Source: Eledone cirrhosa (taxonomy: Eukaryota). Taken from it: a stretch of 64,000 nucleotides of DNA. The stretch spans positions 49,662,001 through 49,726,000 of the forward strand of contig OZ024744.1 of the NCBI GenBank assembly GCA_964016885.1. Direction: 5' to 3'. The translations under genes and the position numbers were made by a program. Positions 33,840 to 47,463 of the stretch are shown here, piece by piece; the first letter of the stretch is position 1, and every line of letters starts with the position of its first letter. The notes below the pieces were generated by a model that was not told where the DNA came from, ran no database searches, and saw only the letters and a program-made list of their open reading frames with translations.

Positions 33840-35650
33840 AATAATTACATATTTAATGGTGGTTTTTCTTTGTTAATGAATTGTTTGTATTTATTTATTC
33901 TTTGTTGTTGAGTGAGAACATTGTACTGTAGCTGTTTAAAGGGATTTGTTTCATGTTTTCATCACGGATTTTTGGCAGTGTATGGACATTCTTTTGTAAT
34001 GAAATTCCTGTCTGTCCTATATAATTTTGCAGACATCCACAGCATGTAATCAGATAGTTTAGGTTTTTCAAATTGCAGGTGAAATTTTCCTTGATTCTGA
34101 AGGTTTGTCTATCCTTGAATTTGAATTCTTGTCCTTCAAATAGGTATAAACAGGAACCACAATTTGTGCTTCACATTTTATAACAGTGAGATTGGAGATT
34201 TGTTTGTGTTTTCCTCCCATTAAGGATGGGTTGTCTTTTACTGTGTTTCTAGAATTCTTTTCAGTTTTTCATCTTTATATAAGATAGGAAGGTTTTTAGT
34301 GGAGGTGATCAAACATGTCGATATTTTGAGGGTTGAAAGTTGATACATATTGTAAGACGTTTTCCATGGTTTAGTATTCTGTTATTCTTAGCTCTTGGAT
34401 AGCTATAGGTTTAGCCCTTTTTATTCTGTTGGTGATCACACTAGTGGGAATGCCCTTTGGGTTCATCCAGTCTTTGCTCATGTATGATCAGGTCCGATAT
34501 TACTGTGCAAATCTTTTTTTTAGCTAGGTTAAATGGAATGTTCAGTTGTGTGTGTTTTGAGAGACTTGATGTAAAAAGGTGTTGTTTGGAGTCTGTGGGT
34601 TTATAGAAAATGTCTGTTTCTATTTTTTCGTCTGTTTTTGAAATTATGATATCTCACCTGGTTAGTTCCTTGGTATTAAACTCAATTGTGAAGTGGATGT
34701 TGCTGTTAAGGTTATTTATCACATTTTTTAGTTCTGTGTGTGTATCAAGGTTTTCCTGTCATAAGATAAAGCACTCGTCCAGGTACTTTTTCCAGTTGTT
34801 TTTCAGTTGTGTGTGAAATGAGTCTCCCAATAATAATACAGATTGATTAAACATCTTTTGTCCATTGAATCCCATAATTAAATTTGTGTATATAGAGACT
34901 ACTTCCATGTCCATTGCAGGTCTTGATATTTGTCAGTACACAGATCCGTTGAACAAAAAGTAATTGTTATGTAGAATTAATTTGAGTCCATGAAGGATGA
35001 AGTCTTGTTTAGTGCGTATCGGTAATTCGGATTGGTATGTGTCTAGCCAACATTCAATCGTAGTTATTTCATGGTCATGGGGTATATTCGTGTACATGTT
35101 TACAATATCAAAGGAAAGAGAAATTGTGTACTCACTTACTGTTTTAGGGAGATAATCCAGCATGTCTAGGTATGTAGCTCTGCAAATGTTTTATGTAGGG
35201 CCTTAAAAGGATGTCCAGAAAGTTAATCAATCTGTGTTTTACATGCGGAGCCTGCTATAATTGACCTAAGCTTTAAATCGTCAGGGCATGTTAACTGGAT
35301 GTATTTGGTTTGTCAAGGTTTTCCAAGCATAATTTATTTGTTTGGATTTGTGCAGTTTTGGTAGGCCGTAGAATATACTAGTTTTTCATTTGAAGTGGCT
35401 TATGTAATCAATTTCTTTCGCGGTGAGGCCTTTTCTGTTATTTTTTATTGTTTGTAACAGTAATTTTTCATAGTAACTGTTATCCTCTAACATTTTACAT
35501 GCCAAATCTTTATAGTAGTCTGTATTCATGATGACAACAGTGCTACCTTTATTAGCTTCTTTAATGGTGATTTCGGTTTGTTTTTTAAAGCAATTAAGCT
35601 CTTCCGAGCATGTTCCGAAAATTTTTATTTGGTGTTTGATGTTTGGAGAT
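33840..35650 (-). mobile_element. Penelope-like element (RT plus GIY-YIG), degenerate, possibly Neptune type
   Basis: TIKEANKGSTVVIM, SFDIVNMYTNIP, LILHNNYFLFNG, NFTCNLKNLNYLITCCGCLQNYIGQTG. Confidence 0.8.
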
Positions 35651-35689
35651 GGTTGACTTTCTGTAGATAGCAAAGGAGGTATTAATATA

Positions 35690-36310
35690 TGTCCCAAAGG
35701 CACGATGGTGGAATCCTTAATCAATCTCATAGAAAAAGTGTTCCCTAATCTTGAATATCAGTTCGCAAGTCACAAGTGACTCAGTGAAAGGGCTATGTTG
35801 GCCCCCAAAAATGTGACCGTGGAATTGGTAAATCAAGAGCTGTTAAAAAAAAATTCCAATGGTTTCGAAGCTCTATAAGTCTGTCAGCACTGTGGTGGAA
35901 CAGTTGGAAGCTGTCAAATACCCGACAGAGTTTCTCAACTCATTAGACCCACCAGGAATGCCTCCACGTGTCCTTCACCTTAAAGAAGTAGCACCCATCA
36001 TGTTATTGAGGAATTTGGACTTACCAGGGCTATGCAACGGCACTTGATTGTTTGTGAAAAATATGCATCTACACGTGATTCAAGCCAACATTTCAACAGG
36101 ATGTGGCAGGGGGGAGGATGTGTTCTTTCCAAGAATTTCTCTTATCAACACTAAATGTCCCATTTCAATTCAAATGACTTCCATTTCCAGTGAGTTTAAT
36201 TTTGCCATGGCCCTCAACTAATCACAAGGACAAACATTTTTGGTTGCCGGTTTACACCTTTTAAGAGCCCTGCTTCACACGTGGCCAGCTTTTCGTTGGG
36301 TGTCCTCATC
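35690..36310 (+). pseudogene. Helitron RepHel PIF1-like helicase fragment
   Basis: [43 protein letters not shown]. Confidence 0.85.
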
Positions 36311-36419
36311 AAGGGGTCTATCATTCAGGGAATACATGGTCTAACATGGAATTTGAAAACATTGAAATAAAGGTCTACTATTGTGATTATTGCCCGGAAA
36401 CGAGGGTGACAAGCAAAGG

Positions 36420-37112
36420 AAATATAGAAAACATTGAAAAAGAAGGCGGACAAGGAGAAACATGCTGGTACACAGAAGTAACCAGAAGAGGAAATAAAGA
36501 AAGGCGATGTACAAAGCAAGTTTACACACACACACATCTTCACCATCATCAGCTGTCAAAACACCTTGTGGATTGTCTCTCTGTTGACCACTGGCCGCTG
36601 GTCTCTGTCCTCTGAGGCTTCTTTGCCTATCGCTGTCTTTGACAGCATTTGGCTGTTTTAAAAGCTGTTCTAGAGATGAGTTTTCTCATTTTTATACGTA
36701 TTTAAATACACTCTTGCTTCGTCTCGATTAGAGACGACATTGTTTTTTCGTTTAACATTATCATAGTTATGATTAGCTTTCTATTTAGGACAGACACCAC
36801 AGCTTGAGGTCCACTATCCCATTGTTTTCTTTCTTTTCTTTTCTTTCGTCCTTCTATCTGTGCCGTTTGTTTTATCACACATCATTCCAGCCGAAAATTT
36901 TATTTTTCTGTTGCATGATCTAGCATTTTAAAATGGTATTCTTAATTAAATCGTGCGAAACCATTTTGCTGGTTTGAGAGCTGATGAGGGTGAAGATGGG
37001 TGTGTGTAAACTTGTCTTGTACATCACCTTTCTTTGTTTCCTTCTTCCAGTTACTTCTGAGTGCCAGCGCACTTCTCATTGTCCTCCCCCTCTTTCAGTC
37101 TTTTCTATATTT
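36420..37112. repeat. Diverged ~140 bp inverted repeat pair
   Basis: 36420-36560 versus the reverse complement of 36973-37112. Confidence 0.7.
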
Positions 37113-37133
37113 GAGTTTTCTAATTTTTATATG

Positions 37134-37205
<72 letters not shown>

Positions 37206-37539
37206 CACGCACATAAACACATATACACACGCATATGTATACACACATGGGTCTACATGTGTTTTTATGGATGTTTACAACATTTTTCTGGTTTTTACAC
37301 TAAAATTAATTAATTAGATTATTTTAACAACAAACTTAACCGAATTTATATCAATTCTCTACGAATATTTATGTTTACTTGCACACGCACACACACACAC
37401 ACACACACCTATATACATACACACACACATATATATTTATATTTATATATATACAGACACACATTCATTACTATTTCCAAATTTAATAATTTATATAATT
37501 ATATAATGACTCATTAAACTAATTAGCCTTTTTAAACAT

Positions 37540-37623
37540 TCTTTTACTGGTTTCAGTCATTAGGCAGCAGCCATGCTGGGGCAATGTCTTGATTTAGTCA
37601 ATCATATCGACCTTAGTACTTAT
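37540..37623 (-). mobile_element. SINE 3' fragment (cttttactggtttcagtcatt..gccatgctgg type)
   Basis: Motif recalled as an abundant cephalopod SINE tail; not database-verified. Confidence 0.5.
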
Positions 37624-37825
37624 CTGTCTGTCTCTATGAATGTATGCATGCATGTATGTACGTGTATTATATGTATCACTCTCTCTATATATATACACAT
37701 ATAGTATATATATATGTGTAGTTATATAGTAAGGTGTATTATTGGTTGTGCAATTGGTTGTGCCTTCGGATTTTCATTGATATATTTATTGGCAACATGA
37801 CCCTCCCAAAGCATAACAATATATA

Positions 37826-37901
<76 letters not shown>

Positions 37902-37931
37902 CGCGCGTATGTATATCTACATGTGTGTGTA

Positions 37932-37997
<66 letters not shown>

Positions 37998-38159
37998 TGT
38001 GTGTGTGTGTAGTTGATTTACGAAGCATTTGGGAATTTGAAATTCGAAAGTATAGTCACCATAATGCAGGTAACCATATGTAATTGTTGTTAACTATAGA
38101 TAATAGTTTTAAAAATCATGTAAAGTACCCCACCACAAGAGACAGACGAAATATTGAAA

Positions 38160-38330
38160 GGGATGCATGCAAGGAATCGGGAATCGAACCACACATCATT
38201 CATATACCCTGCATGCGTGTTAGACCATTACGTAATGGTTAAACTCACAACCCAACCCAGCGCAGTTTGAGAAGCAAACTCACAACCTTACAAACGTGAG
38301 ATTAACAAACTACCCACTAAGCCACTGTTT
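38160..38330 (-). mobile_element. Two degenerate tRNA-derived SINE heads
   Basis: Minus-strand B-box ggttcgattccc and A-box-like gtggcttagtgg; no full cloverleaf. Confidence 0.35.
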
Positions 38331-39116
38331 ATAAATTATACGATTGTGAGCAATGCATGTTATTGATTTTTAAATACAAACATTTGATGACCTGATTTTC
38401 GTTTCGAAATTAATTTTATCTCGAATTTCTGTCGAATTTAACGAGAGCAATCGTTAAATTCGTTAATGAGCAAGTTTTATAGCACACTATATATTTCGTT
38501 TTATCTTTTAAACGCATCATATTAGTATATTAACCCTTTTGTTAGCATACATCTAATGAAAGACTGCCTATTATTAAGCTGATGTTGGGAACGTAACTTA
38601 ACTATTATCGAATTCAGTGACCGTGGAAGAAAAAATTTGGATAAAAGATGGAGAGAAATATTGCTCTAATAATTCTATGGGTGTTTTAACACTTTGTTAC
38701 CAATATTTCTTTTGAAATACTCTGCCAAGTGTTCATTACCATATTTCTAATGAAAGACACTAGCTACGTTTTTTTTTTCTTAATAATTCTGAAAATTATT
38801 TTAGAAATTAAAAGGATTTAGTCATATTAGTAATATAACTAACCTCCTTTTTATTAAGGTGTTGTTTAAAACTTAATAAAGATTTTTATGTATTGAGTGT
38901 TATTTAACAAGTGATGTGTAATTGTTTAACGACAGCCAATCGTATCACAATCACGTGTTTCAAGTGTGCTCGTGTTTTTTTGCCTATATATTATGCTTCA
39001 GTTAAACTGGGGTACACAATTCTATCCAACAGGTTCGCAGTACAGTCTGACAGTTTATGGTGTACACAATTCTTTCTGTCGCCAACGGAATTACGTTCAG
39101 TCTTATAATTATTATT

Positions 39117-39247
39117 CTCGCCGAGGTTAACTTTGCTTTTCATCCTTACGGGGTCGATAAAATAAAGTACCAATAATGGACGGGGGTCGATTTAATCGAC
39201 TTTTCCCTCCCCAAAAAGTTGTTAGCCGTGTGCCTAAATCAGAAACC
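39117..39247 (+). mobile_element. SINE family A variant in (ATT)n
   Basis: Same central body, ends cagaaacc-attattatt, with attattatt also on the left. Confidence 0.75.
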
Positions 39248-39419
39248 ATTATTATTATATGCTCGCTTCAGTTCAACAGTTCTACAGTTTATTGTGTTCC
39301 ATTGTGTCGAAATATAAATTCGTAAATTACTGTTCCTTGTTGAATTACCTACATACATAAGGAAATAAACAAGACACCACGGTTCTTACACATAATTTTG
39401 ATGAAAGGTGTATATATGT

Positions 39420-39544
39420 GTTGTATCTATGCATTTGTGGGTGTAGAAACAGTTCTGTGTAAGACACGGTCACCTGATCTGATTTGTTTCACAACGGGAC
39501 AACTCGTCTAACCCATGCTAGCGTGGAAAATGGATGTTAAATGA

Positions 39545-39547
<3 letters not shown>
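39420..39547 (+). mobile_element. RTE-tailed SINE 3' end
   Basis: gtctaacccatgctagcgtggaaaatggatgttaaatgatgat; related copies at 941-1090, ~27200-27303 and ~40600-40780. Confidence 0.6.
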
Positions 39548-39643
<96 letters not shown>

Positions 39644-39820
39644 AGCGTGCGTGCGTGTGCGTGCGTGCGTGTGCGTGCGTGCGTGTGCGTGCATGTTCCG
39701 AAGAGATTGTTTTGGCAAAAACAGGAGGAAGCAGAAGAAAGCTCTCAACATTCATAATTTGTAGTTACGATGGAGATTCAGTATAAAAATAACATTAATA
39801 AAGATGGTGATGTTACATGA

Positions 39821-39869
<49 letters not shown>

Positions 39870-39923
39870 CATTTCTGAATTTGTTTAGCAAGATTCTTTA
39901 TCTGAAAACGTGTGTTGAAACCG

Positions 39924-40013
39924 ATATTGTTATACTTTGGGAGGGTCATGTTGCCAATAACTGGTGCGTGTGTTTCTTATTGGCAACATGACCCTCCCAA
40001 ACTATAACAATAT
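39924..40013. repeat. 37-bp inverted repeat (1 mismatch), 16-nt spacer
   Basis: 39924-39960 and 39977-40013. Confidence 0.9.
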
Positions 40014-40014
40014 A

Positions 40015-40048
<34 letters not shown>

Positions 40049-40049
40049 C

Positions 40050-40100
<51 letters not shown>

Positions 40101-41190
40101 CATATATATATATATATATGACCATTGCTTCCCCTAACCCATAAAAAACACTAGAGAATATTGCAAACTAAGCGCTGACAGGCAGCCATAATTTCCATTA
40201 AACCAGCCCTCGACTCATATCCCTATAATCGGTACACCAACCACAAACCCCACCAGCCACCGGAATGGGAAAGACCGGCATTATCAAGCTGCAGTTGTCA
40301 TATTACGTAGTTTCTGCATAATAAAACTATTGTCATCTGCAGTGACTACAACCCAATTATGTTATATAGATGGTACTCCACTATTTCCTTGTTATCGTTA
40401 ACTACAAACTCCCCTAATCTCTTACTCCTAATCTGTTGCCACAATAGAAAGCTTTAAGTTCACTCGGTATGCTAATCCGGTGCCATAACAAAAACACCCA
40501 GTCCATCCTGCAAGGTGTCGTGTTGGTGACACGACAAAGAGCTCCAAATCCTCTATGTAAAGCAGTCGCGCTGGTGACATGTAAAAAAAAAAAACACCCA
40601 ATTTACACTGGAATGTGGTTGGCATTAGGAAAGGCATCCAGTCGTAGAAACCAAGCCAGAATACAGATCCGTATGAGCATGACATGGTCGCTGGGCCTAA
40701 TTTGTTTCATAACGTGAAAACGTGTCTAACCAATGAAAGCGTAGAAAAATGGACGTTAAATGATGTTGATGGTGATGAACAACCGAGACAAAACAAGACA
40801 TATAAAAAAACTTTTAATCTAATGGCACGATGTCGTGTGCCAGGAAACTTGTATCAAAAAGCTCATAAACCACAACATGAAAATAACTAAACTATTATTG
40901 AAATAAACGAAATGATCAGTTAGATGAATATTACATAAATACAATATCCAAAAATAATAGTAAAAATGCACCACATACTTCAAACTACAATATATATATT
41001 TACATATATACACACACACACGCCCACACATACACACACACATATATATATATATACATGTGCCTCGCACACATACATTACATACATACATATGTAAGTA
41101 CATACATATATACATACGTACGTACGTACATACATACATACATACATACATACATACATACATACATACATACATACATACATACATACA

Positions 41191-43343
41191 TGGTGGCTGC
41201 CAACTCGTTTACGAGTACGGCCACTACTCTATATCCATGTAGGAGAACCCCTACCGATGCGCTGAACGCGTGTGACATTTTAGTCCAGCCAGCGACTTGA
41301 ATACTCTGGTACAAACACTACACTTGTGACAATTATTGACACAGAGTGGTGGGCCCATGGTACCATGTGATGACAAGTGCAGAGAGATCTCCAGATATAA
41401 AGCAATGCCTGTGCTGTGAACCTTTTATAGTGAGCAAAGGCACTGCACAAAGCCAGTCCCACTCTCTTAACCAAGATGATATTTACCAAAAAGAAGAACA
41501 AGTCAACATCATTGGATACCATCAGGGTTGCAGGTGTTATATCAGAGTTTTCCTTCTCCTAGAATTCTGCCTTGACAAAGGCTAAGGGGTCATCTCTCCC
41601 GGTGATTTTGGATGGCTATCGACTCTTAAGAGCTCCCTTGCCCTTTGACAGGTTTTGTTTTTAGTCCTGCAGGATGTCCAAAGTCACCGTCCTCACCAAG
41701 AAACCTTGGTGGGGTTGCCAGTTTAGTCGCCAACGACCCGACCATGAGACAGGTTGTACTGGGATACATGTTACCAGTAGCACCAACTGGTGACCTGACA
41801 TACATACATACATACATACATACATACATACATACATACATACATACATACATACATACATACATACATACATACATACATACATACATACATACATACA
41901 TGGTGGCTGCCAACTCGCTTACGAGTACGGCCACTACTCTATATCCATGTAGGAGAACCCCTACCGATGCGCTGAACGCGTGTGACATTTTAGTCCAGCC
42001 AGCGACTTGAATACTCTGGTACAAACACTACACTTGTGACAATTATTGACACATAGTGCAGGGCCCATGGTACCATGTGATGACAAGTGCAGAGAGATCT
42101 CCAGATATAAAGCAATGCCTGTGCTGTGAAGCTTTTATAGTGAGCAAAGGCACTGCACAAAGCCAGTCCCACTCTCTTAACCAAGATGATATTTACCAAA
42201 AAGAAGAACAAGTCAACATCATTGGATACCATCAGGGTTGCAGGTGTTATATCAGAGTTTTCCTTCTCCTAGAATTCTGCCTTGACAAAGGCTAAGGGGT
42301 CATCTCTCCCGGTGATTTTGGATGGCTATCGACTCTTAAGAGCTCCCTTGCCCTTTGACAGGTTTTGTTTTTAGTCCTGCAGGATGTCCAAAGTCACCGT
42401 CCTTACCAAGAAATCTAGGTGGGGTTGCCAGTTTAGTCGCCAACGACCCGACCATGAGACAGGTTGTACTGGGATACATGTTACCAGTAGCACCAACTGG
42501 TGACCTGACATACATACATACATACATACATACATACATACATACATACATACATACATACATACATACATACATAGATACATGGTGGCTGCCAACTCGT
42601 TTACGAGTACGGCCACTACTCTATATCCATGTAGGAGAACCCCTACCGATGCGCTGAACGCGTGTGACATTTTAGTCCAGCCAGCGACTTGAATACTCTG
42701 GTACAAACACTACACTTGTGACAATTATTGACACATAGTGCTGGGCCCATGGTACCATGTGACGACAAGTGCAGAGAGATCTCCAGATATAAAGCAATGC
42801 CTGTGCCGTGAAGCTTTTATAGTGAGCAAAGGCACTGCACAAAGCCAGTCCCACTCTCTTAACCAAGATGATATTTACCAAAAAGAACAAGTCAACATCA
42901 TTGGATACCATCAGGGTTGCAGGTGTTATATCAGAGTTTTCCTTCTCATAGAATTCTGCCTTGACAAAGGCTAAGGGGTCATCTCTCCCGGTGATTTTGG
43001 ATGGCCATTGACTCTTAAGAGCTCCTTTGCCCTTTGACAGGTTTTGTTTTTAGTTCTGCAGGATGTCCAAACTCACCCTCCTCTGGTGGGGTTGCCAGTT
43101 TAGTCGCCAACGACCCGACCATGAGACAGGTTGTACTGGGATACATGTTACCAGTAGCACCAACTGGTGACCTGACATATATACATACGTACATACACAC
43201 ATACATTCATACATACATACACACACACATACATACATACATGCATACATACATACATACATGGTGGCTGCCAACTCGTTTTCGAGTACGGCCACTACCT
43301 TATATCCATGTAGGAGAACCCCTACCGATGCGCTGAACGAGTG
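41191..43343 (-). mobile_element. Tandem array of a ~610 bp non-coding retroposon separated by (CATA)n
   Basis: Units at 41191-41799, 41901-42509, 42583-43176 and a truncated one at 43262-43343. Minus strand carries the RTE-5'UTR-like motif ctaggagaaggaaaactctga and ends in (tgta)n. Confidence 0.8.
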
Positions 43344-43503
43344 CATACATACATACATACATACATACATACATACATACATACATACATACATACATAC
43401 ATACATACGTACGTACGTACGTACGTACATACATACATACATACATACATACATACATACATACATACATACATACATACATACATACATACATACATAC
43501 ATA

Positions 43504-46500
43504 CTACAAATACAGCCCTTGTAGACAACCACCCCACCTCCGCTGACAGACAAAGAGAATGGCCAGCTAAATCTAACAGTGAACAGCTCACCAACAATTT
43601 TGCTGAAATCCATCCCACTTCCACTGAAGAACAGCAAGAAAGGTCAGCTAACTCTAGTAGTAATTGTCACCACATCAACAACGAGGCTGAAATTCATGAC
43701 TCTACTGAACAAACAGAACACCAAAAACTTGTGGACACCTTACAAGTGATATGGAACGATATGTTTCAAGAGATACACAGCCTTAATGTGAGTGACAGAC
43801 CATACAACACCAGAATCAGTAAAGAATCCACTAAATTGGAATTGGAAGCGGTGAACGAAATAGCTGGCAATTATCTGAAGGCTATACGATCTAAAGGTGT
43901 AGAAACGACATTTGAAACGCTTAATATTTTGTTATATATTTCAGCTGTCACATTGCTATCATATAACACACATCTAAAACCACGCAATCAAGATACAAAC
44001 AGAAAGCCTGAACCAGCGTGGATGCGAAATTTAAAAACCCAAATTTTGTCCCTAAGACGAAGTATCTCACACATCGCAGTCGTTATGAAATGCAACATAG
44101 AGAGCAACTTCACACGACACCAGGAAGACCTAAAGAAAAAAGTTAGAGAGACGATTTGGAGATACAAAATTTAAAACTTTGAACTCCAAATTACACCAGT
44201 TGAAACAACAACTCACAGCTACAACAGAAAGACTAAAATATAAGTCAACAGCACATAAACGACAAGTGCTAAATAGATTGTTTGCCAGAGATCCTTAATC
44301 AGTTTATCGCAGCTTCGGTGGCAAAAGCTCAATCCCTGTAAATGACACCCCTTCAAAAGAACAGGTTGAGAGCTACTGGAGATCTGTATGGGAAACGGAT
44401 GACGGATTCAACAAACAAACTAATTGGCTAAAAGAACTGGAACAGGACTACTGCCAACATGTCCAGACAAAACAATATGACATAGATGGGTCAATACTGG
44501 AAACAGCTCTACAGAAATGTCGAATAGGAAATCGCCAGGCCCAGACCTCATTACAGGATACTGGTTGAAGAATTTCACTTTCTATCGGCAAGATCTCATA
44601 CGGCTGTTTACAGAAACCATTAAAGGCACACAAGAACTTCCCAGATGGTTATCAACTGCCACTACTCTCCTCATTCCCCAAAATAGCCAAACCACCCTTG
44701 CTAAAAATTACCGCCCAATAGCCTGCCAAAACATCATGTATAAATTATATACTGGGAGCCTTAACCTGTTCTTACAGGATCACTGTGCTACCAACAACAT
44801 CATAACACCTGAGCAAGCTGGTGGAAAGGGGGAGGTGTGGGGTTGCATAGATCACCTACTAACTAATAAAATGATTCAGGAAAAACAACAAAGAATAGCA
44901 GAAACATGACTGTGGTATGGCTGGACTATCAAAAAGCATTTGATATTGTACCTCATGGGTGGATTGTTAAGGCGTTACAGTTAGCCAAAGTCCCACAACC
45001 ATTGGTAGCTGCTGTTGAACGCCTGACCAAGAACTGGTACACCAATTTGATCCTTAGAGGTGAGAAGGAGCAAGTTAAGACTGATAAGATACATTACCAG
45101 AAGGGCATCTTTCAGGGTGATAGCTTCTCGGTGCTACTCTTCGTTCTCTCACTGAATCCACTATCTTACCTACTCTGGAAACACGGTGGACAAAGAAGTG
45201 GGTCCAGAAGTAACTCCCATCTTTTCTTTGTTGATGACCTGAAATTGTATGGGCCAAATATCAATGACATCAAGAAACAATTGGACCTCATTACACAATT
45301 TTCAACCGACATCAAAATGAAATTTGGTGAGTCCAAGTGTGCATATTTGGCAGTAAAACGTGGAAGAGCTGTGCCCTCCTCTAGAAATCTAGAGATGAAC
45401 GGCCTGACAATACAACCTCTACAGTCAGGTGACAACTACAGATATCTTGGACAGGATGAGAATATCAGATATGATGGACCCTTAAATAAGGAGAGAACCA
45501 GAACTGAATACCTCAGAAGAGTAAAGAAAATATGGTCATCAGAACTGTCAGCGTACAACAAATACATTGCCCACAATACTTATGCTGTGCCAATTCTAAC
45601 ACCAACATTTGGCCTGCTGAACTGGTCATTGCAGGAACTAAGTGAGATGGATGTTAGAACTCGCAAACTTCTCAGTGTTACTGGGAACTTTAACATCAAT
45701 GGTGATGTGGATAGGCTATACTTCTCACGCAAGGAAGGTGGCCGGGGTCTAAAATCAATATTAACAACATATGAGACCCGGATAGTAACACTGAAGCAAC
45801 ACCTTCAACAGAGGAAAAAGGTTGGCAACCATCTTGCCCAGGTTTAAGAGCATGAAAAAAAAAAATCATTAGAATAGCGACTGATCTGGAGGAGAGATAT
45901 GGAATAAAGCCTGATATACATCTCTCACCCAGAAAAATCGGAAGATCCTATTTAATGTTCAAACAAGATAAAAAAAATTGACCAATTTACAGAAAAAGTT
46001 GTGCATGGTTACTTGAGACGTAAAACACAGACCATAGAGGGCATAAACCACTCAAAAAGCCTGGCATGGAGTTCCTACAAGTTTATGACATCACAAGAAC
46101 TCCCTACCAAATATCTGCTGCACAAAAGAGGAGGGCCAGCAGCTGACAATAAATGTAGGCTATGTAAAACAAAGATCGAGGATGTAAGCCACATTGTTGC
46201 CAGCTGCGAAATAATGTCATCTCGCTGCTACCTCCCCATGAGACACGATGGGATAGTTAGAACCATCTGGAACGCACTTCGGAAAACAAAATTAACAACA
46301 AACGAGGAAGAATATATTGAGACAGATGGCACTAAGGAATACTGGTGGAACCTGAAAATAAAAACTGCCACCAAATTAAAGCACAACCGGCCTGATATTG
46401 TTGTTTGGGACCACACATTGAAAACGTGTTCTGTTGTGGAGATCAGCTGCCCACTTGATGTAAACCTTGTCAGAAAAATACAGGAGAAAGAAGGAGGACA

Positions 46501-46807
46501 TCTACGGACCATTGATGAGGAGTTTACAAATTCAGTATCCAAGATACACCTTTAGCTTCATACCCATCATTATTGGAGCTACGGGTTATATACCAACCCG
46601 CTTGGACCAAAGTATGACTGAACTTGGATTTGCGGACAAAAAGCGCAGCTCCCTAATTCATAGTCTACAAATGGCTGCGATAGCTGGCACCTTCAAAATT
46701 TGCAAAACATTCTTCCGATTCAAGGGATGACAATTTCTTTTACAACCTTGCCACCAGGAAGGTGGCCGGTCAAAAAAAATATACTCGAAATTAAGAGAAA
46801 GAGATAA
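43504..46807 (+). mobile_element. R4/Dong-clade LINE embedded in (CATA)n
   Basis: EPAWMRNL, KSPGPDLITGYWLK, WLDYQKAFD, GIFQGDS, FFVDDLKLY, CRLC..HIVASC, RHD, NRPDIVVWD..VEISCP. (CATA)n on both sides. Confidence 0.9.
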
Positions 46808-46867
46808 CATACATACACATACATACATACATACATACATACATACATACATACATACATACATACA

Positions 46868-46899
<32 letters not shown>

Positions 46900-47370
46900 A
46901 TTGCTATATCAAAGATTTTCTGTAGTATCTTTGTCCTAACATGTGTCTTAATATTTTTTTAACTTCTTCCGTAAAAACATTTATCTTACTACCTATCCTA
47001 CCATATCATGTAATTTGATTGAAAAATAAACATTGTATCCCACCAAACTAGGATATACAACTTGATGCAAAGGGCATCCTTGCTACCTTAAAACCCAAAT
47101 CCCTAATCATATTATCATTGTTGACTCATCGATCCTTTCGATATTGACGTCTTAGTAATAGACTTCGTTAATGTCATTGGTGAGTGTATATAAAATGATG
47201 ATATATATATATATCATCATTTTACATATATATATATGTGTGTGTGTGTAGTAATGTTGCTTGGATGCGTCCAAGGCGGTATGCCAGTTGAGCACTCTAT
47301 GCTCCTTCGGAGCAGAGTATAAAAATATGGAAAACGAAGAATCAGTGATGCATCGGAACACAATTTATTA

Positions 47371-47463
47371 ACGTATTACAATTGTTTCTCCCGCGAACAG
47401 CTCGAGGTGCGATGTGTGTGTGGATCGAACCTGACTCTGGATTCTGAAGTTCCTCAGATACGT
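47371..47463 (-). ncRNA. Type I hammerhead ribozyme
   Basis: acgtat-CTGAGGA-...-GAAAC-aatt-GTA-atacgt. Confidence 0.7.

Noticed and set aside
36981-37000. CTGATGAG as a hammerhead core
   Set aside because: No stem II or GAAA partner downstream.
38160-38240. tRNA gene
   Set aside because: B-box present but no convincing cloverleaf; better read as a SINE head.
41700-41800. Twister ribozyme in the RTE-like 5' end
   Set aside because: The GCCGGUCCCAAGCCCGG-type core was not found.
41191-43343. Repeat-spacer appearance suggesting a CRISPR array
   Set aside because: Units are ~610 bp, spacers are microsatellite, no cas genes, eukaryotic context.
40819-43637. ORFs such as MYVCMYVC and HTYIHTYI, plus CVCV, YIYI and HTHT ORFs elsewhere
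   Set aside because: Translations of (CATA)n, (TG)n and (TA)n microsatellites.
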